A stretch of DNA of 64,000 nt from a virus (IMGVR_UViG_3300045988_135589:1-64000); one strand, 5' to 3'; positions 29,349 to 40,547 are shown, numbered from the stretch's first letter. Notes: generated from the sequence alone by a model not told the origin. A program made the numbers and translations.

Positions 29349-30054
29349 TTACGCGGCAAAAGCCAGAAGAGCTTATTTGATAAACAATTTCGATAAGATT
29401 CTTAACAGTCTTAACACGCTTCATTCGACGGTTGAGACCATGACATTATTTGTAAACGACCAGGCTTATAATTACATTCTTAAGCTAAAGGAGGTAATTA
29501 AAACCAGTCCTATGTATAAGCACAATATCAAGCGTCTTTTAAATGAGATGGACAAAGAGATAAAAAGATACAATGCCTCTATATATTACATAAACAAAGA
29601 ACGTAGTGAGGTTATTGCTGATATAACACAAGCGATGGAAGATTGTCTCATGCCATACATAGACGACCTGGCCGGCGCTATAAGGGCAGCCGTGTGGTCG
29701 AAGGGCGTGTCCGAGGAGCGGACGGAAGCGGCGGTACTGTCCCTAATCGTATCCTCCTTGGCCACGACATCAGGCAGACTTATTTCAGGTGGATATCAGA
29801 TCATGAAAGAAATGGGTGGAGGCTTGGGTGGTAATCCATTTACGTTTATGAGCATTGATAAAATAAGACACTTATCTACATCATTATCTGATGCTATTAC
29901 CGGTGGAGAAATAGCTCTTGAGGAAAAAGAAGCCAATGACATAACTAAGGCAATGGATGTTTTTATTGAGAAAATGTCTGATTCGGATATTGTTGATAAG
30001 GTGATCAGCATACTCGAAGAGGCAGAATCTAAAAATAAGGAGGAGCGATCGTGA
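29332..30054 (+). CDS. hypothetical protein (240 aa)
   Basis: ORF with a Gly-rich segment (GGGLGGNPF). Confidence 0.5.
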   Translation: MNAMINYAAKARRAYLINNFDKILNSLNTLHSTVETMTLFVNDQAYNYILKLKEVIKTSPMYKHNIKRLLNEMDKEIKRYNASIYYINKERSEVIADITQAMEDCLMPYIDDLAGAIRAAVWSKGVSEERTEAAVLSLIVSSLATTSGRLISGGYQIMKEMGGGLGGNPFTFMSIDKIRHLSTSLSDAITGGEIALEEKEANDITKAMDVFIEKMSDSDIVDKVISILEEAESKNKEERS

Positions 30055-30249
30055 ATTATTTGGATGGGTATGTAGAAGAAGTTCTTTCTGAGCCGTACTA
30101 TGATGATTATGGCTCTGGAATTTTTAGGTGGTGGGTGGAAGTATCTTACATTTGTGAAGGTACAGAATCAACTACTATCTTAATGTTTGATACGAGAGAA
30201 GAAGCAGAGGCAGTAAAACCAGGTTATAAATTTTTATGTTGAAAATAAC

Positions 30250-30498
30250 ATGAGGTATTTTGTTTTATTGATGGCACTTGTGTTATCATCATGTTCGCAT
30301 GATGATAGTCAGGTTAATAACGGATGGGTTATATATGATTTACGTCCTTTACAGGGTGGGCGTGTGATGTATTATGGTGAAGACGGAGGATTTTCAATAT
30401 TTAACAGTAATAGACTTATAAAATTCGTTGGATACCAAGGGGAATACAATATAGGAGATTCTATTAAGATCATAAAAGTGAAACAATATGGAAAATAA
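30250..30498 (+). CDS. small predicted lipoprotein (82 aa)
   Basis: Signal peptide with a lipobox (MRYFVLLMALVLSSC). Confidence 0.5.
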   Translation: MRYFVLLMALVLSSCSHDDSQVNNGWVIYDLRPLQGGRVMYYGEDGGFSIFNSNRLIKFVGYQGEYNIGDSIKIIKVKQYGK

Positions 30499-30976
30499 TT
30501 TAAAACTCGTATGTCCAAAATGTGGCACTCCTCACCAGCCTCATTCTCCGCACACGATGGATGCAGATGGATTTGAAAGGTGTGAGATAAGAACTGTCAT
30601 GGAAGACAGGGGGTGGTGCTACGAATGCTCTTTTTGGCAAAATATGTACGACAAGCACAAAGACGATCCAGGATGGGTTAGGATAGACGGTGAAAGCTGG
30701 GTGCTTAAGCCTATGGTGGAAAACGTACCGAGCGGATGGAACAGCCTTGGATGCGGTGGAAGAAAAATGTATATCAATATCGAAGGGAAAGGCATTGTTG
30801 TATCAAATAACTGCTGGTGCCAAGGTGATGTTTCGGATGCATTTAAGGATCTGATGCCTGATAATGCCACTTGGGCTACGAAGGAGGAATTTGACAAAGC
30901 TCCTGTAGTAGGATATATTATAGAAGGTATTGGTTTAGTTTTCACAGATAGGGAAGGTCATAAAGCTAATGCTTAG
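30488..30976 (+). CDS. Cys-rich hypothetical protein, paralog of 8000..8443 (162 aa)
   Basis: See the 8000..8443 entry for the shared motifs. Confidence 0.6.
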   Translation: MENNLKLVCPKCGTPHQPHSPHTMDADGFERCEIRTVMEDRGWCYECSFWQNMYDKHKDDPGWVRIDGESWVLKPMVENVPSGWNSLGCGGRKMYINIEGKGIVVSNNCWCQGDVSDAFKDLMPDNATWATKEEFDKAPVVGYIIEGIGLVFTDREGHKANA

Positions 30977-31221
30977 GAATCTATTTCATGTTCCTATTAG
31001 AATATTTGAAAGGAAATTAACTAATGGGGAAATAGAATATTGGTGCCAATATCAAAACATTTTTGGGAAATGGAAAAACAGAATAAAATATAATATGTTT
31101 GGCGTGTCGTATTATGCTGTTTTTTATTCATTCGAAGATGCGTATGAATTTAATTATGGTGAGAAAGAAGAAGGAAAGGTAAAGGTAGTGGACTCTTGTT
31201 ACAAGAGAAGATGGTAACTAC

Positions 31222-31264
31222 AATAATCCCCGGCCATACAATAGGTGTACGGTTGGGGATTATT
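31222..31264. terminator. Bidirectional hairpin between convergent + and - gene blocks
   Basis: AATAATCCCC (31222-31231) pairs with GGGGATTATT (31255-31264) in a 10-bp perfect stem. It lies in the 120-bp convergent intergenic region. Confidence 0.5.
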
Positions 31265-31337
31265 GTAATATATGATTAATAACCGTCTTATCTTATACTA
31301 ATACATTTTAGTACTATTTTTATATCTTTTATTATAA

Positions 31338-31781
31338 TTATACATAGGTGTCAATAGGAACAAAGCTGCCACCTGTACTTATCTTATATATTGAATGAAT
31401 AATGTGAGTACTTGGACTTAATTTCAGTTGAGGTACTTGATTGGGTCCTTTTGTAATAAAGAAATAATAAAAAACGTCTCCAATCGTAAACTGTAACATA
31501 ATATCACCTGTTACCGATCCTTCATTAAAGTAAGCCTGGACATATTGTCCAGAATTTGATATCGTACAATTTATAGGATTACCGCCCATCGTACATACCT
31601 TGCTATTATTAATTTCATCTAAAACATAGGAAGCCGTCATAGTTAATCCATCATATCGGGATCTACAACCAAGAATAGGTGCAGGATTTCGCCATGTGGT
31701 TGTAGGGGCCGAAATCGAACAAGCAAAAACAGAGATCTTGCCGCCAGCAACTGTATTAATATTTTCAAATCTTCTTCTCAT
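31338..31781 (-). CDS. MRRRF-family small protein, paralog 1 (147 aa)
   Basis: N-terminal MRRRF. Shared blocks with 31778..32239 are ISAP..TW.N...IL, NVTGDI.L.F and YYF.IT. Confidence 0.6.
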   Translation of the reverse strand: MRRRFENINTVAGGKISVFACSISAPTTTWRNPAPILGCRSRYDGLTMTASYVLDEINNSKVCTMGGNPINCTISNSGQYVQAYFNEGSVTGDIMLQFTIGDVFYYFFITKGPNQVPQLKLSPSTHIIHSIYKISTGGSFVPIDTYV

Positions 31782-32239
31782 ATTCCTTTTAAGTAAGTAT
31801 CAGGTGCAACAAAATTACTTATTGTCTCTATTATATGTATAGTATCTATAAAATATTTATCAATATCCATAGAAAGCTGAGGACGAAGATCTGAATCGTT
31901 TGTCTTATCTGTTATATAGAAATAGTACAGAACATCCTCCAGATAAAATGTAAGATAAATATCCCCTGTGACATTTCCATTATTGAAATAGCAATTGATG
32001 CCGGAACCAGATGGAGTCATATGGCGATCTATACTCTGGGTATCTCCCATAGTACACACGTAATTGGAACTGGCAATATCAACCGCATATTTTCCAACAT
32101 TTATACCACCACTTTCCCTCGATCTCGTGGTAAGTATATGAACGGCATTTTTCCAAGTGGAAAGAGGTGCAGATATACCAACAGCGAAAACGGGAATTAT
32201 CGTCTGAAATAAATCATATGACAAAAACCTTCTTCTCAT
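31778..32239 (-). CDS. MRRRF-family small protein, paralog 2 (153 aa)
   Basis: As for paralog 1. The two are tandem with a 4-nt overlap. Confidence 0.6.
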   Translation of the reverse strand: MRRRFLSYDLFQTIIPVFAVGISAPLSTWKNAVHILTTRSRESGGINVGKYAVDIASSNYVCTMGDTQSIDRHMTPSGSGINCYFNNGNVTGDIYLTFYLEDVLYYFYITDKTNDSDLRPQLSMDIDKYFIDTIHIIETISNFVAPDTYLKGI

Positions 32240-32286
32240 TATTTTATTTTTTTTTGCAAGATAGCATTTTTTTTCATAACAAAAGA

Positions 32287-32320
32287 AACCGGTTCCCTAT
32301 CATCTCTGACTGAGAACCGG
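32287..32320 (-). terminator. Intrinsic-terminator-like hairpin after the 2140-aa gene
   Basis: ACCGGTTC/GAACCGGT is an 8-bp perfect stem. On the - strand RNA it is followed by UUUCUUUUGUU. Confidence 0.5.
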
Positions 32321-32458
32321 TAAGAAAACAATTTCAGAAAAAATTAAACCTACATAATCTTTCAAGTAAGAACAAAAAAACGTACAATCTACTCTTTGAC
32401 GATGCTAATATAACATATTGGAATCATACAAAAACAATGCAAGTCCGATATTCTTCGT

Positions 32459-35400
32459 CTATTTGTAACTAACGTCATCGTCTCCTTCCGAATCAGGAGT
32501 AGCGCCGATGAAGAACATCATTGACTTGTTGTTTGTCTGCTGCCACCAATTATAGGCGCGCGCTACGTCTTCCGGCGTCTTGATATTATACCATTGTTTG
32601 ATAAACGTCTGTTTGGCGAGTTGCCTAAATAGCTTAGACTCTCCTTTGTATGTACCGGATGTTACTTTATCAAGTGAATAATTCCTAAGATCGGTAAGAT
32701 CCTTCAGCTTCCTTCCCATAACAAACGGGTCGTTAATGATATCTACAACGTTAAGCTCCATAATAAACGGCATCTGTGAAGCTATTTCGTTTATGGTTCT
32801 GAATCCAACGTAAGATCCAAATTGAGTAAGCCAACTTTCTTCGTTTTCATTATCATCACGCCATCCGGCAAGAAGCATGGATACGGCTTGCATGATAAGG
32901 AACGTGCCGGCATAGACACTGAGGCGTTTGAGATTAGTTTTCTCTACCTCATTCATATTGTCTTTATTTTCGTTCCAGGCATCCATGATGTTTTTCATAC
33001 CAGACTCGGAAGCCAGGCTAAATGTTTTGGCTATCATATTCTTTAACGTAATTGACAACCCTTCCTCTTCTTGCATTGTTTGGAAATTGAAGCCACGTCT
33101 TTTCCACAGACGTTGAGCCGCCAGCACCAACCATCCTCGGTGGGCGGTCATGAACCTGGCTATCCAGTTGCGCGATGCGGCAGTTCGGTTTTCTTCATTC
33201 AAAGATCCGTTACATATCTGCGACAAGCTACGGACTTGATTCCTGGTTATAGCCATCTGGGTTTCAACTTCCTCAACAGTAACACCCGATCCCGGCTTTA
33301 CAACCACCTTTCCATCCACGACGTCTACCATACTCCATAAAGTACGATCTTTTAATGCATTCCATTCTCTTTTTATGGTACTCTGTTCTTTATTGCGTTC
33401 TTTTTCCATCTTGAAATCTTGGAACGTGTAGAACCGACCTTTGTAATAACGAACATTGTCCATAGTAGCAATCATAACCTGCGGATCAAGAGGGTAGTTC
33501 AGGATTTCCATAAAAGCATACATAGGTGAACGCATTAAGGTCCTGGCCACTCTATTGTATCCGGCACCATACATACGATTTCGGATATTGAATATCCCCA
33601 TTCTCTCACCTATGACATATAATTTGCTTTTCCTATCTATGTCTCCGGTTTCTGCTATACAAGATGGAGCAAGGCGTGAAAATTCAGCCGATGCGTATTT
33701 AAGGGAATCTTTACTTATATACTGTCCTACGGCAGATTCCATGATGAGGTTGATATGACCTGTTAAGGCGCCGGTAGCTGCCACAAACGGGGACAGTGCC
33801 AAGTTCATGACCGACATAAATCTTTCAACAGCCATCATAATTCTTGTAAGGTCTACCGTATATCCTCCGATGTTCACCGTAAGTTTTTTGGTGTTCATCC
33901 TAATGCCATAATAATGATCGTTGAAGAAGTCCCTGAACATCTGATATGCTTGGGTTGCTTCAGCCTTTTTACCACCTTCAAATTGTTTATTCAGTAACAT
34001 CTGCTCCAGTCCTTGAGCGAGCTCTATAGACTTCTGCTTTTCGTTGTATAACGATGACTGCATCATAAGCATCGAATAAGAGTAGCCAAAATCGTGAGAT
34101 ACATCATCTTGGTTCTCCAATTCATATATGTAGTATTTAGGTATAGACCTAAGTCTGTCTTCCGGATCATACACTTCTCCTTGCCTGGTTTTACCGTATA
34201 AAGAATCGTCTACTCTGTCCAGGCACAGATCTGATACAAAATTACGAACCGTATTTTTGAAGTTAATACCCAATCCTTCTATACGTTCTATATCTTGTTT
34301 TGATATCTGTGGAATAGCATACAGGTTCGGGCTCTGCTCTTTGTATAGATCAAGGGATTGTCTTTTTATTTCCTTGAGTTTTTGAATCATATTCCACTGC
34401 TCTACGTTTTTAGTAGCAACTTCATTACCGTCAGCATCATACTTGATACCAAAGTCATTGAAATAAGATTCATCACGATACAGGCTTTTCTTAGGCATTC
34501 GATGACCATACCCATGATCTTTTACATAATCAGGATTACGGCCGTTATTTTCGGCTTCAGATTCAGCCACCCATGCCCTTGCAGGATCGAAAGACAGGTA
34601 CGATATGTTCATGCCATAATCTTGGGTGGATGTACCGTTTTGCACGTCCTTAACCATCTGCGCCACATCTATCTCACCTCGACCTATTTTGTCGATCATA
34701 GCCGCATATCCGGTAGGCGCCATGCGTTTATAGTAGGAAAAGACCTGGCCCCTGGCAAATTCATTAACAATAGCATTAGCTTCTTCTACACCCTCTTCTC
34801 TTGTATTATTTAAAAACAAGCTGGCCATCTTAGCATTAACAGCATTCCTGAAATCTCTACCGTCTAATTCTTTGCTTATACCAAGCTTTTCTGACAGGTA
34901 GTTGGTTTCAGATACGGTAAACAGATATCGGTTATCAGCAGCCTTAAACAGCTTATCCCTTAAAGCCTGAATCCTTTTTGCTTTCTTCGCCGTAGTATGA
35001 CGTTGTACGAACTTCCATTCCACTTCCTTGGAGTCAGCAAGAGCATTTAAATAAGACTGATTTACTTCGTTTTCAGCCTTACTGCTTTTAGTAAGGTACT
35101 TATCAATATCTTCAAGACCCACCATCTTAGCATAATCTATTAAAATAGCGTAGTCGGTTTCAATAGCTTCAGATGCAGCCCTAAAAGCATCTCTTTCAGA
35201 TGAGGTAAATGTCGCTTCGTTAATTTCTCCGATATCAGCCACATCTCGGTTGTTTCCGATTATTTCCTTGATAATGGCCTTATTTTTTTCTATATCTTTC
35301 ACAATCGAATCCACGTCAGTCGCATCTCTATCACTTGTCGTAGAACTAATGATATCATGCGCCATTTTAAGATACGAAGCCTTGTTATTTGATTCGGTAC

Positions 35401-38400
35401 GCGCCGACTGTTCCGATTCTACTTCATTCCAAAACCGATCATTGAACGACAGGTGACCTCCCAACATAAGTGTCTTCAGCGCAGCTTCTCCTCCCGACTC
35501 GCTCTGAATCGTTCTTAATTTTTGCAAAAACGATTCTGATACGGCATTGGTAACATTATTTGATTCCTTTCTCCATACTTCATTTATAGCTTGTATTTCT
35601 TTAGCCATCTTAAGTTGGTCGCCAGTTTTTTCCACTCTCCTGGTTCCTACATATATGTATTCTGAAGCTGCTTCCTTACGTTGTTTACGAAGCAGTCCTT
35701 CTTCTTCGTAATTGCTGCTTTTAAAATAGGCAACCTCATCAAAATTACCACCGCTATCAATAAAAGGCTGCCTCAATATCCGTTTTTGCCTGGATAGAGC
35801 ATTAAGGTATTCTTTGGTTGTTTGAGAAACCGGATGCCCTAATTCTTCTTCAGCCTTTTTGTATATGGATTCCATTCTTGTGGCATAACTTTCGCTAAAT
35901 TCCAGTTCCGAATTTTCAGCATCCCACTTTTCCATCTGTTCTGTATAAATCTTTTCCTGCTCGATGGTAAAAATATCGGTATTAACTCTATCAGACGATG
36001 GTTTGAATTTAGCGTTTTCAGTAACCGTATTTCCATCCTTGTCAACTACTTCTCTTTTAAATACGTAATTACGGTTATTGTCAACCACATCACCAATTTC
36101 TTCTTCTGATATCTCTATGTTCATGGCAGTCGCAAACGCTCGCATCTGCGCCAGCTTCTTATTACGATCGTATTTAGCCATATCAAGAGCACTACGAAGG
36201 TAATTAGAAGTTTTGCCGTCTACTTTCTGAAGCAGTTTTTCAAATTCAGATTTGTTAAAACCATGCTTTTTAGCATATGCCAGGAAGTCGGATATGGCGG
36301 GCTGGGCATTCACCATCGCATTGTAATTGTCTTTGGCAATCATAGCTCCAAGAGCGTTATTGAACGGACTGGAAGAATGCTCTAATATACCAAACCACCT
36401 ACTTATCCAAGAAACATCGTGTTGAACCTTGTCGAAAAATTCTTTTACTCTCTTTACCTTATCTGCCGGCACATGAAGTTCGTTCATTAACTTATCAAGC
36501 AACGTACTTTCATCAAGGTCTTGTACTGATTTAATATCAGACTGAATACCATTGATGTCGGCAATGACGGTATTGATCCTATTTGTATAATCCTGCTTTT
36601 CACGTTCATCAAATTCGGTACTTCTGTTACGGATATATCCTCGAAGATCGTTCATGATCGGAAGAACCTGATTGTTGATAATATCTACGTTCTTTCGATC
36701 ATTGGTATTGAAGTGAAGCTTACCGTCTTTGGTATCACCATGAAGGATGGTGTTCACCACATTGCTTAAGTATCTGACCTGAGCTTCGGCTGTAGAGATC
36801 ATGCTGTTCATGGCAGCCGCCATCTCATTCTTGTCTATTTCGGTCTCTACTTTATTTATCTTATCTTCTATGGTCTTAAGCTGCGCAAGGGTCATAGACG
36901 TAGTTACAGCCCTATCAGAGCTTATCTGACGTAAGTCTCTTAATGTTTTCCTTAATGCCAGGATCTTAGACTCAAGAAACTTGTTCTTGTTCATAGAAGA
37001 AAGGGAGTATAATGTAAAGTCATTATCCTTTAACAGAGAGGTGTCAAATCCTTTATCTATGTCAGTAATGGCAAGATCACGAATGTTTTTAATAACGTTA
37101 TTCAAATCTTGTCTTTGGGTTGATAAAGCTGATTTAAGCCAGCTTACGATTCCAGAGAAAAGCTGCCGGACGCGCCCCAGGAAGGAGGTGGGCTCTACCG
37201 GCGCCTGTGCTGTGCCGGCCTGCATCTCCCTTGCGAGGATCTTTCCAAGAATTTCTCTCCTAACAGCATTATCAAGCTCAGCTCCTTCATATACCTTACC
37301 GTATGTATTATAATACTGACCTGCATACTGGTTCCACTCTTCCGTACCTTCTACATCTTGCAGAACAGCCTCAACAGCATTCTGATCTCTGTATGCCTCT
37401 ACGAGAAAGTGTGCTGTTTCTTCTACTAAGTCAGACAAAGTAGCATCTTCACCGACTGCTATTACGTTATTGGCAATATCCGCCAATGCTTTAGCAGAAG
37501 GTTCGTGCCCGTATTTAGTTTGGTACTTCTCTATATAATCGGTCATACCAACGACACTAACGCCCAGCGTTTTCAGTATCTCGACAATAGAATTTCGTTG
37601 GTCACGTTCCTGCCTGCTATAATCTGATACGATCTTAGCTTTAGTATCAGCATAAAGATCGTTATCTTCTAATATGAATGAAACTACAAGCGCATCAAAA
37701 TGATCGTACTTGGCGTCCAATTCATTGTATCTTCCTGACTTGAGATCGTTCTTTATCTGTTCCCTACTAACCCTTTCCGTTCCTCCGGTGGCGAGTCTCA
37801 TAGTTACCTTACTGTTATCCAACGAGCTTATGGTTATCATACCTTGGTCGTTCATGGAAACATCGGAACCAAAATGATTACGGAGCTCGGTGTATGATAA
37901 GGCTGAATTGAAAAGTCTAATTTGTCCTGTATGACCTTCTCCTGTAAGATAATAGCTTCTTGTTTCAGAATCGAATATCTTAGATCCTGACAAAAGACCT
38001 TTCTTTATAAGGTAGTTAATTATCCCGCCTTTTGTTGATAAAGAAGTAGAAGCAGAAGCGGTCATGACCGGTATAAAAGATTTGGGGTTGTTAAGAACAT
38101 ACTTTCCAGCTTTGTAAGTAATGTCTGCCACGCCATCCACGGCAGATTCTTGAACGGTGCCTGATAAGAACCCTATTCTAATATCATTCCCGCCAGAGCG
38201 AAGAGCTTCTCCGTAATCTTCAAATAATTGGCTACGATCGTTCATGAAAAACAAACGAGGCTCTCCGGTCTGATACGTTACACCCACAGGATTAGAATCT
38301 GTTTCTGGTAGCTCTTCTGGGCTAAATATCTTAAGACCGTCTTTTATAACCATATAATTAACACCCTTATCCTGTACCATAGATACGGGAGTGAAGTCTG

Positions 38401-38881
38401 AAGATATGGTATCTTGTAGATACTGCCCGGCGTCTATTCCAGGTCCTTCCGGTACGGAAATACTTGACGGGACCATGGCATCCACCAACATAATATTATC
38501 ACCCAGATTTTGGCTGTAGAATCCAAAGCCCGATTCTTGGATTTCATAAGGTGCATCTGATTTTGACACAAGAACAGGGTTACTCATCTTAGAAGCCTTA
38601 TCCAGCACCCTTTCCCTATAGGCTTCCGGAATAAGATCGATGTTGGATTTCACCTTATTGTAGGCCTGTTTATTAACAGGTACATTCCTTCTCCAGTCGC
38701 CAAAAGCCTTTAAGAACTTATTAGAAAATACGGTTTTAAAAACAGTAGTAGCCCGTTCCCTGTTCTCCATAAGAGGAATAGATGCTATTTTATCAAACAA
38801 CATAGACCTGTCCCCTGATCTGGTAGAGATAGAAACAACTTTCTTTTTATTATCTCTTTTAATAATACACGTTGATACCAT
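32459..38881 (-). CDS. giant virion-associated protein, function unassigned (2140 aa)
   Basis: Uninterrupted 6.4-kb ORF. All + strand ORFs overlapping it are short and low-complexity, so they are spurious. No polymerase or ATPase motifs were recognised. It is likely a tail or ejected internal protein. Confidence 0.8.
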   Translation of the reverse strand: MVSTCIIKRDNKKKVVSISTRSGDRSMLFDKIASIPLMENRERATTVFKTVFSNKFLKAFGDWRRNVPVNKQAYNKVKSNIDLIPEAYRERVLDKASKMSNPVLVSKSDAPYEIQESGFGFYSQNLGDNIMLVDAMVPSSISVPEGPGIDAGQYLQDTISSDFTPVSMVQDKGVNYMVIKDGLKIFSPEELPETDSNPVGVTYQTGEPRLFFMNDRSQLFEDYGEALRSGGNDIRIGFLSGTVQESAVDGVADITYKAGKYVLNNPKSFIPVMTASASTSLSTKGGIINYLIKKGLLSGSKIFDSETRSYYLTGEGHTGQIRLFNSALSYTELRNHFGSDVSMNDQGMITISSLDNSKVTMRLATGGTERVSREQIKNDLKSGRYNELDAKYDHFDALVVSFILEDNDLYADTKAKIVSDYSRQERDQRNSIVEILKTLGVSVVGMTDYIEKYQTKYGHEPSAKALADIANNVIAVGEDATLSDLVEETAHFLVEAYRDQNAVEAVLQDVEGTEEWNQYAGQYYNTYGKVYEGAELDNAVRREILGKILAREMQAGTAQAPVEPTSFLGRVRQLFSGIVSWLKSALSTQRQDLNNVIKNIRDLAITDIDKGFDTSLLKDNDFTLYSLSSMNKNKFLESKILALRKTLRDLRQISSDRAVTTSMTLAQLKTIEDKINKVETEIDKNEMAAAMNSMISTAEAQVRYLSNVVNTILHGDTKDGKLHFNTNDRKNVDIINNQVLPIMNDLRGYIRNRSTEFDEREKQDYTNRINTVIADINGIQSDIKSVQDLDESTLLDKLMNELHVPADKVKRVKEFFDKVQHDVSWISRWFGILEHSSSPFNNALGAMIAKDNYNAMVNAQPAISDFLAYAKKHGFNKSEFEKLLQKVDGKTSNYLRSALDMAKYDRNKKLAQMRAFATAMNIEISEEEIGDVVDNNRNYVFKREVVDKDGNTVTENAKFKPSSDRVNTDIFTIEQEKIYTEQMEKWDAENSELEFSESYATRMESIYKKAEEELGHPVSQTTKEYLNALSRQKRILRQPFIDSGGNFDEVAYFKSSNYEEEGLLRKQRKEAASEYIYVGTRRVEKTGDQLKMAKEIQAINEVWRKESNNVTNAVSESFLQKLRTIQSESGGEAALKTLMLGGHLSFNDRFWNEVESEQSARTESNNKASYLKMAHDIISSTTSDRDATDVDSIVKDIEKNKAIIKEIIGNNRDVADIGEINEATFTSSERDAFRAASEAIETDYAILIDYAKMVGLEDIDKYLTKSSKAENEVNQSYLNALADSKEVEWKFVQRHTTAKKAKRIQALRDKLFKAADNRYLFTVSETNYLSEKLGISKELDGRDFRNAVNAKMASLFLNNTREEGVEEANAIVNEFARGQVFSYYKRMAPTGYAAMIDKIGRGEIDVAQMVKDVQNGTSTQDYGMNISYLSFDPARAWVAESEAENNGRNPDYVKDHGYGHRMPKKSLYRDESYFNDFGIKYDADGNEVATKNVEQWNMIQKLKEIKRQSLDLYKEQSPNLYAIPQISKQDIERIEGLGINFKNTVRNFVSDLCLDRVDDSLYGKTRQGEVYDPEDRLRSIPKYYIYELENQDDVSHDFGYSYSMLMMQSSLYNEKQKSIELAQGLEQMLLNKQFEGGKKAEATQAYQMFRDFFNDHYYGIRMNTKKLTVNIGGYTVDLTRIMMAVERFMSVMNLALSPFVAATGALTGHINLIMESAVGQYISKDSLKYASAEFSRLAPSCIAETGDIDRKSKLYVIGERMGIFNIRNRMYGAGYNRVARTLMRSPMYAFMEILNYPLDPQVMIATMDNVRYYKGRFYTFQDFKMEKERNKEQSTIKREWNALKDRTLWSMVDVVDGKVVVKPGSGVTVEEVETQMAITRNQVRSLSQICNGSLNEENRTAASRNWIARFMTAHRGWLVLAAQRLWKRRGFNFQTMQEEEGLSITLKNMIAKTFSLASESGMKNIMDAWNENKDNMNEVEKTNLKRLSVYAGTFLIMQAVSMLLAGWRDDNENEESWLTQFGSYVGFRTINEIASQMPFIMELNVVDIINDPFVMGRKLKDLTDLRNYSLDKVTSGTYKGESKLFRQLAKQTFIKQWYNIKTPEDVARAYNWWQQTNNKSMMFFIGATPDSEGDDDVSYK

Positions 38882-39023
38882 GATAAAACATTTTTGTTAT
38901 GAGACAAAGGTAGTTAAAAATCAAGCATGTCATAAAAAATAAAGCCATCTAACTCCTCAGTCTGATGGCTTAAAAATAATATGAAGAAAAATTATAATCT
39001 GACGAAAAATCGTCAAGTTCAGC

Positions 39024-39347
39024 TTATATGTAATGCATGTACCCATCTCGGTGTATAAACCTTCCCGATTCAAAGCGCTCAATATCTTCAGGGCAAATAG
39101 AGCCCGAATCCTCTCTCCTGGCTTCAAACCAAAGCCCCGGCTTACGAATTAGGCAAGTTATGATATAATTGAAGCAATTGTGCGTAAAATGGAAAACAGA
39201 TCCTACAGGGAAATACCTATCAGCTTGAAATACGATTCTTTTTCGTTTAGTATCAAACGTGATATCTCCTACTATCTTAGCCACGTAATAGCTTCTGCCA
39301 TTTAACGTTTCATCTGTTTGTGGTATCCAATAATAACCTCTTGCCAT
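39024..39347 (-). CDS. hypothetical protein (107 aa)
   Basis: ORF. Confidence 0.45.
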   Translation of the reverse strand: MARGYYWIPQTDETLNGRSYYVAKIVGDITFDTKRKRIVFQADRYFPVGSVFHFTHNCFNYIITCLIRKPGLWFEARREDSGSICPEDIERFESGRFIHRDGYMHYI

Positions 39348-39555
39348 GCCACAAATATATAAAAAAATCGGACAAGATATATGTCCGACTTTATATTACT
39401 TTGATTCGTTTTCAAACCGCTTTATAATAGAAGCAATATCATCACCACAAATAAACATCATTCGACGTTCTTCTTTTGGTTTATGAGACACTGGAATGGT
39501 TTTGTTTATCTTAATCTGATTCGCCAGACCTCTACCTAAACGAATATCAACTTTT

Positions 39556-39873
39556 TTACCTTTCATGAATTATTTGTTTAAACAGACCAATTCCATCTAT
39601 TATAATATGACCGCTTTGCATACGACCATTATTAGGATTATGTAGAAAATTGAAACCACTTTCTTTTTCCTGTCTTTCAAAAGAACTGATATCCTTTCCT
39701 CTACGGGCTCTTTCAAAAGCTTTCTTGAACAACTTACCTCTAAAGGTCTTGACGAGGATCTTGGTAGCGTTATTGCCGGCTTTTACCATTGTTTTCCTTG
39801 TCTGGTCCTCCGAGACAAAACTGCTTCGGAAAACATACGATGCTGCTGCTTGTATATCTTGTTTAGTAATCAT
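39556..39873 (-). CDS. hypothetical protein (105 aa)
   Basis: ORF. The overlapping + ORF 39650..40018 is likely spurious. Confidence 0.45.
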   Translation of the reverse strand: MITKQDIQAAASYVFRSSFVSEDQTRKTMVKAGNNATKILVKTFRGKLFKKAFERARRGKDISSFERQEKESGFNFLHNPNNGRMQSGHIIIDGIGLFKQIIHER

Positions 39874-40187
39874 ATGCCAAACATTCCTTTCAAGATACTA
39901 TTTTTTATACTATATATCAATTTCATCTCATCTCTATCATATACGCCAAAAAAGGATTCACTGGGATCCTTTGGATTTACGCTCAGTTGAATTATGCAAT
40001 TGTAAAGATATACCTTAAGTTCATAATTATCAGAGTATCTATCCCGTATGGTTTCAAATGTCTTAATCAATTCTTCAACAAGTACTCTGCTAAATGAAAA
40101 AGGTTCTCTACAATTACCTTTAAATATGATATGATTTAAATCATTGGTATTATCAAATTCGTACTCTACCCGACTACTGTTCATCAT
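39870..40187 (-). CDS. hypothetical protein (105 aa)
   Basis: ORF with a 4-nt overlap with the downstream gene. Confidence 0.45.
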   Translation of the reverse strand: MMNSSRVEYEFDNTNDLNHIIFKGNCREPFSFSRVLVEELIKTFETIRDRYSDNYELKVYLYNCIIQLSVNPKDPSESFFGVYDRDEMKLIYSIKNSILKGMFGI

Positions 40188-40241
40188 ATCATAAGTGATT
40201 GACTTTTTTGATTTTAAACCCCATGTTGTTTTGTTTTTTAG

Positions 40242-40547
40242 TTAATATAGATCTTCTGAATACAATTGTTCTCTAATGGCACTCCTATCTACTACCATTT
40301 CCTGATTATTGCTCTTAACAAGTTCAGATGCCTCCTCTCTTGTTAGAAACCGATTCTTGCTTGTCAAAAATCCTTGCACACTGCGGTTTTTATGGGCTAT
40401 ACCGTATGCCACAAGTTGAGATAGTATAGAGGGGTGTCTCAATCCACAGAACACGATGCCGGATGGTATATTGGTGGGCTGATAGGGACGTTTCTTGTCA
40501 TCCTGTACCCAGATGGCCGCGCATACAACAATTTCCTTATCACACAT
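40242..40547 (-). CDS. hypothetical protein (101 aa)
   Basis: ORF. Confidence 0.45.
   Translation of the reverse strand: MCDKEIVVCAAIWVQDDKKRPYQPTNIPSGIVFCGLRHPSILSQLVAYGIAHKNRSVQGFLTSKNRFLTREEASELVKSNNQEMVVDRSAIREQLYSEDLY

Noticed and set aside
32822-37313. Plus-strand ORFs inside the 2140-aa gene (and similar ones inside the 2110-, 1019- and 951-aa genes)
   Set aside because: They are short and low-complexity (S/L/F/I-rich). They are wholly embedded antisense to long uninterrupted ORFs, so they are typical shadow ORFs.
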